Assembly: GCF_964355755.1 (NCBI RefSeq)
Contig: NC_092677.1
Coordinates: 12,732,101 to 12,796,100, forward strand
Origin: Antedon mediterranea
Taxonomy: Eukaryota > Animalia > Echinodermata
Direction of reading: 5' to 3'
Length of the DNA: 64,000 nucleotides
Part shown: in pieces, positions 50,601 through 64,000 of the stretch
Numbering within the stretch: the stretch's first letter is position 1
Layout of the letters: the number at the start of each line of letters is the position of its first letter
Translations under genes and position numbers: made by a program
The notes under the pieces: model-generated
Told to the model about the DNA's origin: nothing
Database searches by the model: none
What the model saw: the letters and a program-made list of their open reading frames with translations, nothing else

Positions 50601-53600
50601 ATTAACACTGATGAATTTAGAAAAAGAAAGTAGCAATAAAAGAGAAAGAATTTGGAACAAATGGGTTAAAAAATATACTTTAAAAATGTATTTCTTATTT
50701 TATTAAAAAAATCATGAGTCTCCTTTCCTTAATTGCCTAAGTCACACAGCTGACTTTGGCAGAAACACAAAAAACGATCTGAGCATGTGCAAATGTATAT
50801 AAAAGAACTCAGATAATGTACAGAGGGCAGTATAATTATATAAGCAGTGAGTTAGGCAGATCATAAGTCAGCTCTCCTTAATTGCCTAAGTCACACAGCT
50901 GACTTAGGCAGAAACACAAAAAATATAGTATATTGATATAAGCAGTGAGTTAGGCAGATCATAAGTCAGCTCTTCCTAATTGCCTAAGTCACACAGCTGA
51001 CTTGGGCAGAAACACAACAAATATAGTATATTGATATAAGCAGTGAGTTAGGCAGAAAAAAAAAATTATGTCTTATACACTTTTGTTATGAGGCTGTCGA
51101 TATCATCTATATACAAAAAAAAATGCTACCTTTAAGTAACAAAATTTAATAGCATCAGCTCTACAGATTAAAATTAACACTGATGAATTTAGAAAAGGAA
51201 AGTAGCAATAAAAGAGAAAGAATTTGTAACAAATGGGTTAAAAAATATACTTTAGAAATATATTTCTTATTTTATTAAAAAAATCATGAGTCTCCTCTCC
51301 TTAATTGCCTAAGTCACACAGCTGACTTAGGCAGAAACACAAAAAAACGATCTGAGCATGTGCAAATGTATATAAAAGAACTCCGATAATGTACAGAGGG
51401 CAGTATAAAGATATAAGCGGTGAGTTAGGCAGATCATAAGTCAGCTCTCCTTAATTGCCTAAGTCACACAGCTGACACTTGGGCAGAAACACAAAAAATA
51501 TAGTATATTGATATAAGCAGTGAGTTAGGCAGATCATAAGTCAGCTCTCCTTAATTGCCTAAGTCACACAGCTGACTTGGGCAGAAACACAACAAATATA
51601 GTATATTGATATAAGCAGTGAGTTAGGCAGAAAAACAAAACAAAAATTATGACTTAGACACTTTTGTTATGAGGCTGTCGATATCATCTATATACAAAAA
51701 ATGCTACCTTTAAGTAACACAATTTAATAGCATTAGCTCTTCAGATTAAAATTAACACTGATGATTTCAGAAAAGGAAAGTAGCAATAAAAGAGAAAGAA
51801 TTTGTAACAAATGGGTTAAAAAATATACTATAAAAATGTATTTCTTATTTTATTTAAAAAATCATGAGTCTCCTCTCCTTAATTGCCTAAGTCAAACAGC
51901 TGACTTGGGCAGAAACACAAAAAATGTAGTATATTGATATAAGCAGTGAGTTAGGCAGAAAAACAAAACAAAAATTATGACTTAAACACTTTTGTTATGA
52001 GGCTGTCGATATCATCTATATACAAAAAATGCTACCTTTAAGTAACAAAATTTAAAAGCATCAGCTCTTCAGATTAAAATTAACACTGATGTTTTTAGAA
52101 AAGGAAAGTAGCAATAAAAGAGAAAGAATTTGTAACAAATGGGTTAAAAAATATACTATAAAAATGTATTTCTTTTTTTATTTCAAAAATCATGAGTCTC
52201 CTCTCCTTAATTGCCTAAGTCACACAGCTGACTTAGGCAGAAACACAAAAAACAATCTGAGCATGTGCAAATGTATATAAAAGCACTCAGATAATGTACA
52301 GAGAGCAGTATAATGATATAAGCAGTGAGTTAGGCAGATCATAAGTCAGCTCTCCTTAATTGCCTAAGTCACACAGCTGACTTAGGCAGAAACACAAAAA
52401 ATATAGTATGTTGATATAAGCAGTGAGTTAGGCAGATCATAAGTCAGCTCTCCTTAATTGCCTAAGTCACACAGCTGACTTGGGCAGAAACACATCAAAT
52501 ATAGTATATTGATATAAATAGTGAGTTAGGCAGAAAAAAAAAATTATGTCTTAGACACTTTTGTTATGAGGCTGTCGATATCATCTATATACAAAAAAAT
52601 GCTACCTTTAAGTAAAAAAATTTAATAGCATCAGCTCTTCAGATTAAAATTAACACTGATGAATTTAGAAAAGGAAAGTAGCAATAAAAGAGAAAGAATT
52701 TGGAACAAATGGGTTAAAAAATATACTTTAAAAATGTATTTCTTATTTTATTAAAAAAATCATGAGTCTCCTCTCCTTAATTGCCTAAGTCACACAGCTG
52801 ACTTAGGCAGAAACACAAAAAACGATCTGAGCATGTGCAAATGTATATAAAAGAACTCAGATAATGTACAGAGGGCAGTATAATTATATAAGCAGTGAGT
52901 TAGGCAGATCATAAGTCAGCTCTCCTTAATTGCCTAAGTCACACAGCTGACTTAGGCAGAAACACAAAAAATGTAGTATATTGATATAAGCAGTGAGTTA
53001 GGCAGAAAAACAAAACAAAAATTATGACTTAAACACTTTTGTTATGAGGTTGTCGATATCATCTATATACAAAAAATGTTACCTTTAAATAACAAAATTT
53101 AATAGCATTAGCTCTTCAGATTAAAATTTACACTCATGATTTTAGAAAAGGAAAGTAGCAATAAAAGAGAAAGAATTTGTAACAAATGGGTTAAAAAATA
53201 TACTATAAAAATGTATTTCTTTTTTTATTTAAAAAATCATGAGTCTCCTTTCCTTTATTGCCTAAGTCACACAGCTGACTTAGGCAGAAACACAAAAAAC
53301 GATCTGAGCATGTGCAAATGTATATAAAAGCACTCAGATAATGTACAGAGGGCAGTATAATTATATAAGCAGTGAGTTAGGCAGATCATAAGTCAGCTCT
53401 CCTTAATTGCCAAGTCACACAGCTGACTTAGGCAGAAACACAAAAAATGTAGTATATTGATATAAGCAGTGAGTTAGGCAGAAAAACAAAACAAAAATTA
53501 TGACTTAAACACTTTTGTTATGAGGCTGTCGATATCATCTATATACAAAAAATGCTACCTTTAAGTAACAAAATTTAATAGCATTAGCTCTTCAGATTAA

Positions 53601-56600
53601 AATTAACACTGATGATTTTAGAAAAGGAAAGTAGCAATAAAAGAGAAAGAATTTGTAACAAATGGGTTAAAAAATATACTATAAAAATGTATTTCTTTTT
53701 TTATTTAAAAAATCATGAGTCTCCTCTTCTTAATTGCCTAAGTCAAACAGCTGACTTAGGCAGAAACACAAAAAATATAGTATATTGATATAAGCAGTGA
53801 GTTAGGCAGATCATAAGTCAGCTCTCCTTAATTGCCTAAGTCACACAGCTGACTTGGGCAGAAACACAACAAATATAGTATATTGATATAAGCAGTGAGT
53901 TAGGCAGAAAAACAAAACAAACATTATGACTTAGACACTTTTGTTATGAGGCTGTCGATATCATCTATATACAAAAAATGCTACCTTTAAGTAACAAAAT
54001 TTAATAGCATTAGCTCTTCAGATTAAAATTAACACTGATGATTTCAGAAAAGGAAAGTAGCAATAAAAGAGAAAGAATTTGTAACAAATGGGTTAAAAAA
54101 TATACTATAAAAATGTATTTCTTATTTTATTAAAAAAATCATGAGTCTCCTCTCCTTAATTGCCTAAGTCACACAGCTGACTTAGGCAGAAACACAAAAA
54201 ACGATCTGAGCATGTGCAAATGTATATAAAAGAACTCAGATAATGTACAGAGGGCAGTATAATTATTTAAGCAGTGAGTTAGGCAGATCATAAGTCAGAT
54301 CTCCTTAATTGCCTAAGTCACACAGCTGACTTAGGCAGAAACACAAAAAATGTAGTATATTGATATAAGCAGTGAGTTAAGCAGAAAAACAAAACAAAAA
54401 TTATGACTTAAACACTTTTGTTATGAGGCTGTCGATATCATCTATATACAAAAAATGCTACCTTTAAGTAACAAAATTTAATAGCATTAGCTCTTCAGAT
54501 TAAAATTAACACTGATGTTTTTAGAAAAGGAAAGTACCAATAAAAGAGAAAGAATTTGTAACAAATGGGTTAAAAAATATACTATAAAAATGTATTTCTT
54601 TTTTTATTTAAAAAATCATGAGTCTCCTCTCCTTAATTGCCTAAGTCACACAGCTGACTTAGGCAGAAACACAAAAAAATATCTGAGCATGTGCAAATGT
54701 ATATAAAAGCACTCAGTTAATGTACAGAGAGCAGTATAATGATATAAGCAGTGACTTAGGCAGATCATAAGTCAGCTCTCCTTAATTGCCTAAGTCACAC
54801 AGCTGACTTAGGCAGAAACACAAAAAATATAGTATATTGATATAAGCAGTGAGTTAGGCAGATCATAAGTCAGCTCTCCTTAATTGCCTAAGTCACACAG
54901 CTGCTTCTCCTTAATTGCCTAAGTCACACAGCTGACTTAGGCAGAAACACAAAAAATATAGTCTATTGATATAAGCAGTGAGTTAGGCAGATCATAAGTC
55001 AGCTCTCTTTAATTGCCTAAGTCACACTGCTGACTTAGGCAGAAACACAAAAAAAATGTAGTATATTGATATAAGCAGTGAGTTAGGCAGAAAAACAAAA
55101 CAAAAATTATGACTTAAACACAAAATAATAGCAACAAAATAATAGTAACAAAATTTAATAGCATTAGCTCTTCAGATTAAAATTAACAGCTGACTTAGGC
55201 AGAAACACAAAAAACGATCTGAGCATGTGCAAATGTATATAAAAGAACTCAGATAATGTACAGAGGGCAGTATAATTATATAAGCAATGAGTTAGGCAGA
55301 TCATAAGTCAGCTCTCCTTAATTGCCTAAGTCACACAGCTGACTTAGGCAGAAACACAAAAAACAATCTGAGCATGTGCAAATGTATATAAAAGCACTCA
55401 GATAATGTACAGAGAGCAGTATAATGATATAAGCAGTGAGTTAGGCAGATCATAAGTCAGCTCTCCTTAATTGCCTAAGTCACACAGCTGACTTAGGCAG
55501 AAACACAAAAAATATAGTATATTGATATAAGCAGTGAGTTAGGCAGATCATAAGTCAGCTCTCCTTAATTGCCTAAGTCACACAGCTGACTTGGGCAGAA
55601 ACACAACAAATATAGTATATTGATATAAATAGTGAGTTAGGCAGAAAAAAAAAATTATGTCTTAGACACTTTTGTTATGAGGCTGTCGATATCATCTATA
55701 TACAAAAAAATGCTACCTTTAAGTAACAAAATTTAATAGCATCAGCTCTTCAGATTAAAATTAACACTGATGAATTGAGAAAAGGAAAGTAGCAATAAAA
55801 GAGAAAGAATTTGGAACAAATGGGTTAAAAAATTTACTTTAAAAATGTATTTCTTATTTTATTAAAAAAATCATGAGTCTCCTCTCCTTAATTGCCTAAG
55901 TCACACAGCTGACTTAGGCAGAAACACAAAAAACGATCTGAGCATGTGCAAATGTATATAAAAGAACTCAGATAATGTACAGAGGGCAGTATAATTATAT
56001 AAGCAGTGAGTTAGGCAGATCATAAGTCAGCTCTCCTTAATTGCCTAAGTCACACAGCTGACTTAGGCAGAAACACAAAAAATATAGTATATTGATATAA
56101 GCAGTGAGTTAGGCAGATCATAAGTCAGCTCTTCCTAATTGCCTAAGTCACACAGCTGACTTGGGCAGAAACACAACAAATATAGTATATTGATATAAGC
56201 AGTGAGTTAGGCAGAAAAAAAAAATTATGTCTTATACACTTTTGTTATGAGGCTGTCGATATCATCTATATACAAAAAAAAATGCTACCTTTAAGTAACA
56301 AAATTTAATAGCATCAGCTCTACAGATTAAAATTAACACTGATGAATTTAGAAAAGGAAAGTAGCAATAAAAGAGAAAGAATTTGTAACAAATGGGTTAA
56401 AAAATATACTTTAGAAATATATTTCTTATTTTATTAAAAAAATCATGAGTCTCCTCTCCTTAATTGCCTAAGTCACACAGCTGACTTAGGCAGAAACACA
56501 AAAAAACGATCTGAGCATGTGCAAATGTATATAAAAGAACTCCGATAATGTACGGAGGGCAGTATAAAGATATAAGCGGTGAGTTAGGCAGATCATAAGT

Positions 56601-59600
56601 CAGCTCTCCTTAATTGCCTAAGTCACACAGCTGACACTTGGGCAGAAACACAAAAAATATAGTATATTGATATAAGCAGTGAGTTACGCAGATCATAAGT
56701 CAGCTCTCCTTAATTGCCTAAGTCACACAGCTGACTTGGGCAGAAACACAACAAATATAGTATATTGATATAAGCAGTGAGTTAGGCAGAAAAACAAAAC
56801 AAAAATTATGACTTAGACACTTTTGTTATGAGGCTGTCGATATCATCTATATACAAAAAATGCTACCTTTAAGTAACACAATTTAATAGCATTAGCTCTT
56901 CAGATTAAAATTAACACTGATGATTTCAGAAAAGGAAAGTAGCAATAAAAGAGAAAGAATTTGTAACAAATGGGTTAAAAAATATACTATAAAAATGTAT
57001 TTCTTATTTTATTTAAAAAATCATGAGTCTCCTCTCCTTAATTGCCTAAGTCAAACAGCTGACTTGGGCAGAAACACAAAAAATGTAGTATATTGATATA
57101 AGCAGTGAGTTAGGCAGAAAAACAAAACAAAAATTATGACTTAAACACTTTTGTTATGAGGCTGTCGATATCATCTATATACAAAAAATGCTACCTTTAA
57201 GTAACAAAATTTAAAAGCATCAGCTCTTCAGATTAAAATTAACACTGATGTTTTTAGAAAAGGAAAGTAGCAATAAAAGAGAAAGAATTTGTAACAAATG
57301 GGTTAAAAAATATACTATAAAAATGTATTTCTTTTTTTATTTCAAAAATCATGAGTCTCCTCTCCTTAATTGCCTAAGTCACACAGCTGACTTAGGCAGA
57401 AACACAAAAAACAATCTGAGCATGTGCAAATGTATATAAAAGCACTCAGATAATGTACAGAGAGCAGTATAATGATATAAGCAGTGAGTTAGGCAGATCA
57501 TAAGTCAGCTCTCCTTAATTGCCTAAGTCACACAGCTGACTTAGGCAGAAACACAAAAAATATAGTATGTTGATATAAGCAGTGAGTTAGGCAGATCATA
57601 AGTCAGCTCTCCTTAATTGCCTAAGTCACACAGCTGACTTGGGCAGAAACACATCAAATATAGTATATTGATATAAATAGTGAGTTAGGCAGAAAAAAAA
57701 AATTATGTCTTAGACACTTTTGTTATGAGGCTGTCGATATCATCTATATACAAAAAAATGCTACCTTTAAGTAAAAAAATTTAATAGCATCAGCTCTTCA
57801 GATTAAAATTAACACTGATGAATTTAGAAAAGGAAAGTAGCAATAAAAGAGAAAGAATTTGGAACAAATGGGTTAAAAAATATACTTTAAAAATGTATTT
57901 CTTATTTTATTAAAAAAATCATGAGTCTCCTCTCCTTAATTGCCTAAGTCACACAGCTGACTTAGGCAGAAACACAAAAAACGATCTGAGCATGTGCAAA
58001 TGTATATAAAAGAACTCAGATAATGTACAGAGGGCAGTATAATTATATAAGCAGTGAGTTAGGCAGATCATAAGTCAGCTCTCCTTAATTGCCTAAGTCA
58101 CACAGCTGACTTAGGCAGAAACACAAAAAATGTAGTATATTGATATAAGCAGTGAGTTAGGCAGAAAAACAAAACAAAAATTATGACTTAAACACTTTTG
58201 TTATGAGGTTGTCGATATCATCTATATACAAAAAATGTTACCTTTAAATAACAAAATTTAATAGCATTAGCTCTTCAGATTAAAATTTACACTCATGATT
58301 TTAGAAAAGGAAAGTAGCAATAAAAGAGAAAGAATTTGTAACAAATGGGTTAAAAAATATACTATAAAAATGTATTTCTTTTTTTATTTAAAAAATCATG
58401 AGTCTCCTTTCCTTTATTGCCTAAGTCACACAGCTGACTTAGGCAGAAACACAAAAAACGATCTGAGCATGTGCAAATGTATATAAAAGCACTCAGATAA
58501 TGTACAGAGGGCAGTATAATTATATAAGCAGTGAGTTAGGCAGATCATAAGTCAGCTCTCCTTAATTGCCAAGTCACACAGCTGACTTAGGCAGAAACAC
58601 AAAAAATGTAGTATATTGATATAAGCAGTGAGTTAGGCAGAAAAACAAAACAAAAATTATGACTTAAACACTTTTGTTATGAGGCTGTCGATATCATCTA
58701 TATACAAAAAATGCTACCTTTAAGTAACAAAATTTAATAGCATTAGCTCTTCAGATTAAAATTAACACTGATGATTTTAGAAAAGGAAAGTAGCAATAAA
58801 AGAGAAAGAATTTGTAACAAATGGGTTAAAAAATATACTATAAAAATGTATTTCTTTTTTTATTTAAAAAATCATGAGTCTCCTCTTCTTAATTGCCTAA
58901 GTCAAACAGCTGACTTAGGCAGAAACACAAAAAATATAGTATATTGATATAAGCAGTGAGTTAGGCAGATCATAAGTCAGCTCTCCTTAATTGCCTAAGT
59001 CACACAGCTGACTTGGGCAGAAACACAACAAATATAGTATATTGATATAAGCAGTGAGTTAGGCAGAAAAACAAAACAAACATTATGACTTAGACACTTT
59101 TGTTATGAGGCTGTCGATATCATCTATATACAAAAAATGCTACCTTTAAGTAACAAAATTTAATAGCATTAGCTCTTCAGATTAAAATTAACACTGATGA
59201 TTTCAGAAAAGGAAAGTAGCAATAAAAGAGAAAGAATTTGTAACAAATGGGTTAAAAAATATACTATAAAAATGTATTTCTTATTTTATTAAAAAAATCA
59301 TGAGTCTCCTCTCCTTAATTGCCTAAGTCACACAGCTGACTTAGGCAGAAACACAAAAAACGATCTGAGCATGTGCAAATGTATATAAAAGAACTCAGAT
59401 AATGTACAGAGGGCAGTATAATTATTTAAGCAGTGAGTTAGGCAGATCATAAGTCAGATCTCCTTAATTGCCTAAGTCACACAGCTGACTTAGGCAGAAA
59501 CACAAAAAATGTAGTATATTGATATAAGCAGTGAGTTAGGCAGAAAAACAAAACAAAAATTATGACTTAAACACTTTTGTTATGAGGTTGTCGATATCAT

Positions 59601-62600
59601 CTATATACAAAAAATGCTACCTTTAAGTAACACAATTTAATAGCATTAGCTCTTCAGATTAAAATTAACACTGATGATTTCAGAAAAGGAAAGTAGCAAT
59701 AAAAGAGAAAGAATTTGTAACAAATGGGTTAAAAAATATACTATAAAAATGTATTTCTTATTTTATTTAAAAAATCATGAGTCTCCTCTCCTTAATTGCC
59801 TAAGTCAAACAGCTGACTTGGGCAGAAACACAAAAAATGTAGTATATTGATATAAGCAGTGAGTTAGGCAGAAAAACAAAACAAAAATTATGACTTAAAC
59901 ACTTTTGTTATGAGGCTGTCGATATCATCTATATACAAAAAATGCTACCTTTAAGTAACAAAATTTAAAAGCATCAGCTCTTCAGATTAAAATTAACACT
60001 GATGTTTTTAGAAAAGGAAAGTAGCAATAAAAGAGAAAGAATTTGTAACAAATGGGTTAAAAAATATACTATAAAAATGTATTTCTTTTTTTATTTCAAA
60101 AATCATGAGTCTCCTCTCCTTAATTGCCTAAGTCACACAGCTGACTTAGGCAGAAACACAAAAAACAATCTGAGCATGTGCAAATGTATATAAAAGCACT
60201 CAGATAATGTACAGAGAGCAGTATAATGATATAAGCAGTGAGTTAGGCAGATCATAAGTCAGCTCTCCTTAATTGCCTAAGTCACACAGCTGACTTAGGC
60301 AGAAACACAAAAAATATAGTATGTTGATATAAGCAGTGAGTTAGGCAGATCATAAGTCAGCTCTCCTTAATTGCCTAAGTCACACAGCTGACTTGGGCAG
60401 AAACACATCAAATATAGTATATTGATATAAATAGTGAGTTAGGCAGAAAAAAAAAATTATGTCTTAGACACTTTTGTTATGAGGCTGTCGATATCATCTA
60501 TATACAAAAAAATGCTACCTTTAAGTAAAAAAATTTAATAGCATCAGCTCTTCAGATTAAAATTAACACTGATGAATTTAGAAAAGGAAAGTAGCAATAA
60601 AAGAGAAAGAATTTGGAACAAATGGGTTAAAAAATATACTTTAAAAATGTATTTCTTATTTTATTAAAAAAATCATGAGTCTCCTCTCCTTAATTGCCTA
60701 AGTCACACAGCTGACTTAGGCAGAAACACAAAAAACGATCTGAGCATGTGCAAATGTATATAAAAGAACTCAGATAATGTACAGAGGGCAGTATAATTAT
60801 ATAAGCAGTGAGTTAGGCAGATCATAAGTCAGCTCTCCTTAATTGCCTAAGTCACACAGCTGACTTAGGCAGAAACACAAAAAATGTAGTATATTGATAT
60901 AAGCAGTGAGTTAGGCAGAAAAACAAAACAAAAATTATGACTTAAACACTTTTGTTATGAGGTTGTCGATATCATCTATATACAAAAAATGTTACCTTTA
61001 AATAACAAAATTTAATAGCATTAGCTCTTCAGATTAAAATTTACACTCATGATTTTAGAAAAGGAAAGTAGCAATAAAAGAGAAAGAATTTGTAACAAAT
61101 GGGTTAAAAAATATACTATAAAAATGTATTTCTTTTTTTATTTAAAAAATCATGAGTCTCCTTTCCTTTATTGCCTAAGTCACACAGCTGACTTAGGCAG
61201 AAACACAAAAAACGATCTGAGCATGTGCAAATGTATATAAAAGCACTCAGATAATGTACAGAGGGCAGTATAATTATATAAGCAGTGAGTTAGGCAGATC
61301 ATAAGTCAGCTCTCCTTAATTGCCAAGTCACACAGCTGACTTAGGCAGAAACACAAAAAATGTAGTATATTGATATAAGCAGTGAGTTAGGCAGAAAAAC
61401 AAAACAAAAATTATGACTTAAACACTTTTGTTATGAGGCTGTCGATATCATCTATATACAAAAAATGCTACCTTTAAGTAACAAAATTTAATAGCATTAG
61501 CTCTTCAGATTAAAATTAACACTGATGATTTTAGAAAAGGAAAGTAGCAATAAAAGAGAAAGAATTTGTAACAAATGGGTTAAAAAATATACTATAAAAA
61601 TGTATTTCTTTTTTTATTTAAAAAATCATGAGTCTCCTCTTCTTAATTGCCTAAGTCAAACAGCTGACTTAGGCAGAAACACAAAAAATATAGTATATTG
61701 ATATAAGCAGTGAGTTAGGCAGATCATAAGTCAGCTCTCCTTAATTGCCTAAGTCACACAGCTGACTTGGGCAGAAACACAACAAATATAGTATATTGAT
61801 ATAAGCAGTGAGTTAGGCAGAAAAACAAAACAAACATTATGACTTAGACACTTTTGTTATGAGGCTGTCGATATCATCTATATACAAAAAATGCTACCTT
61901 TAAGTAACAAAATTTAATAGCATTAGCTCTTCAGATTAAAATTAACACTGATGATTTCAGAAAAGGAAAGTAGCAATAAAAGAGAAAGAATTTGTAACAA
62001 ATGGGTTAAAAAATATACTATAAAAATGTATTTCTTATTTTATTAAAAAAATCATGAGTCTCCTCTCCTTAATTGCCTAAGTCACACAGCTGACTTAGGC
62101 AGAAACACAAAAAACGATCTGAGCATGTGCAAATGTATATAAAAGAACTCAGATAATGTACAGAGGGCAGTATAATTATTTAAGCAGTGAGTTAGGCAGA
62201 TCATAAGTCAGATCTCCTTAATTGCCTAAGTCACACAGCTGACTTAGGCAGAAACACAAAAAATGTAGTATATTGATATAAGCAGTGAGTTAAGCAGAAA
62301 AACAAAACAAAAATTATGACTTAAACACTTTTGTTATGAGGCTGTCGATATCATCTATATACAAAAAATGCTACCTTTAAGTAACAAAATTTAATAGCAT
62401 TAGCTCTTCAGATTAAAATTAACACTGATGTTTTTAGAAAAGGAAAGTACCAATAAAAGAGAAAGAATTTGTAACAAATGGGTTAAAAAATATACTATAA
62501 AAATGTATTTCTTTTTTTATTTAAAAAATCATGAGTCTCCTCTCCTTAATTGCCTAAGTCACACAGCTGACTTAGGCAGAAACACAAAAAAATATCTGAG

Positions 62601-64000
62601 CATGTGCAAATGTATATAAAAGCACTCAGTTAATGTACAGAGAGCAGTATAATGATATAAGCAGTGACTTAGGCAGATCATAAGTCAGCTCTCCTTAATT
62701 GCCTAAGTCACACAGCTGACTTAGGCAGAAACACAAAAAATATAGTATATTGATATAAGCAGTGAGTTAGGCAGATCATAAGTCAGCTCTCCTTAATTGC
62801 CTAAGTCACACAGCTGCTTCTCCTTAATTGCCTAAGTCACACAGCTGACTTAGGCAGAAACACAAAAAATATAGTCTATTGATATAAGCAGTGAGTTAGG
62901 CAGATCATAAGTCAGCTCTCTTTAATTGCCTAAGTCACACTGCTGACTTAGGCAGAAACACAAAAAAAATGTAGTATATTGATATAAGCAGTGAGTTAGG
63001 CAGAAAAACAAAACAAAAATTATGACTTAAACACAAAATAATAGCAACAAAATAATAGTAACAAAATTTAATAGCATTAGCTCTTCAGATTAAAATTAAC
63101 AGCTGACTTAGGCAGAAACACAAAAAACGATCTGAGCATGTGCAAATGTATATAAAAGAACTCAGATAATATACAGAGGGCAGTATAATTATATAAGCAG
63201 TGAGTTAGGCAGATCATAAGTCAGCTCTCCTTAATTGCCTAAGTCACACAGCTGACTTAGGCAGAAACACAAAAAACAATCTGAGCATGTGCAAATGTAT
63301 ATAAAAGCACTCAGATAATGTACAGAGAGCAGTATAATGATATAAGCAGTGAGTTAGGCAGATCATAAGTCAGCTCTCCTTAATTGCCTAAGTCACACAG
63401 CTGACTTAGGCAGAAACACAAAAAATATAGTATATTGATATAAGCAGTGAGTTAGGCAGATCATAAGTCAGCTCTCCTTAATTGCCTAAGTCACACAGCT
63501 GACTTGGGCAGAAACACAACAAATATAGTATATTGATATAAATAGTGAGTTAGGCAGAAAAAAAAAATTATGTCTTAGACACTTTTGTTATGAGGCTGTC
63601 GATATCATCTATATACAAAAAAATGCTACCTTTAAGTAACAAAATTTAATAGCATCAGCTCTTCAGATTAAAATTAACACTGATGAATTGAGAAAAGGAA
63701 AGTAGCAATAAAAGAGAAAGAATTTGGAACCAATGGGTTAAAAAATTTACTTTAAAAATGTATTTCTTATTTTATTAAAAAAATCATGAGTCTCCTCTCC
63801 TTAATTGCCTAAGTCACACAGCTGACTTAGGCAGAAACACAAAAAACGATCTGAGCATGTGCAAATGTATATAAAAGAACTCAGATAATGTACAGAGGGC
63901 AGTATAATTATATAAGCAGTGAGTTAGGCAGATCATAAGTCAGCTCTCCTTAATTGCCTAAGTCACACAGCTGACTTAGGCAGAAACACAAAAAACAATC
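47606..64000 (+). repeat. Complex satellite array (~330-570-bp modular monomers) with higher-order repeats; continues past the window end
   Basis: Repeated modules: hairpin TGCCTAAGTCA-CACAGC-TGACTTAGGCA; cgatctgagcatgtgcaaatg...; tagtatattgatataagcagtgagttaggcag; ~240-bp ttatgacttagacac...catgagtctc. Identical variants recur at offsets 5159, 2754 and 7913. Confidence 0.97.

Noticed and set aside
52089-62619. Eight near-identical 63-aa ORFs (MFLEKESSNKRERICNKW...)
   Set aside because: Chance open frames in satellite monomers; the equivalent frame is broken by stops or indels in most other monomers.
47606-64000. CRISPR-like array of palindromic repeats
   Set aside because: Eukaryotic context, no cas genes, and the intervening sequences are a few repeated modules rather than unique spacers.

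Overview
AT-rich, intron-containing animal (invertebrate, possibly deuterostome/echinoderm; taxon is inference) DNA. Four spliced protein genes can be assembled by hand: an unidentified small coiled-coil gene (minus, ~55-15110), PSMD7/Rpn8 (plus, 23548-25458, 5 exons, 346 aa), a FAM69/DIPK1-family divergent kinase (plus, 26407-27994, 3 exons, 403 aa) and HNF4 (minus, 32997-46653, with two candidate alternative first exons). The remainder is repeats: PIF/Harbinger- and P-like MITEs, Helentron-type non-autonomous elements, a Deu/Nin-domain SINE preceded by a 5S pseudogene, and a >16 kb hairpin-containing satellite with 5159/2754/7913-bp higher-order periods (47606-64000). Two things stand out. 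(1) A decayed Gypsy LTR retroelement (~11082-14700) carries, after its integrase, a frameshifted accessory ORF in which all six TatD DNase motifs occur in order, preceded by a C2H2-like motif. (2) An ~8 kb foldback-type element (15138-23176) fills the space between two head-to-head genes and carries tandem ~1.76 kb units of divergent tRNA-like Pol III cassettes. One cassette is a tRNA-Ile-like head with a Val anticodon plus a ~180-nt structured trailer. A Helentron-bracketed pair of captured tRNA-Val copies is nested inside. All calls are by eye; no databases were searched.
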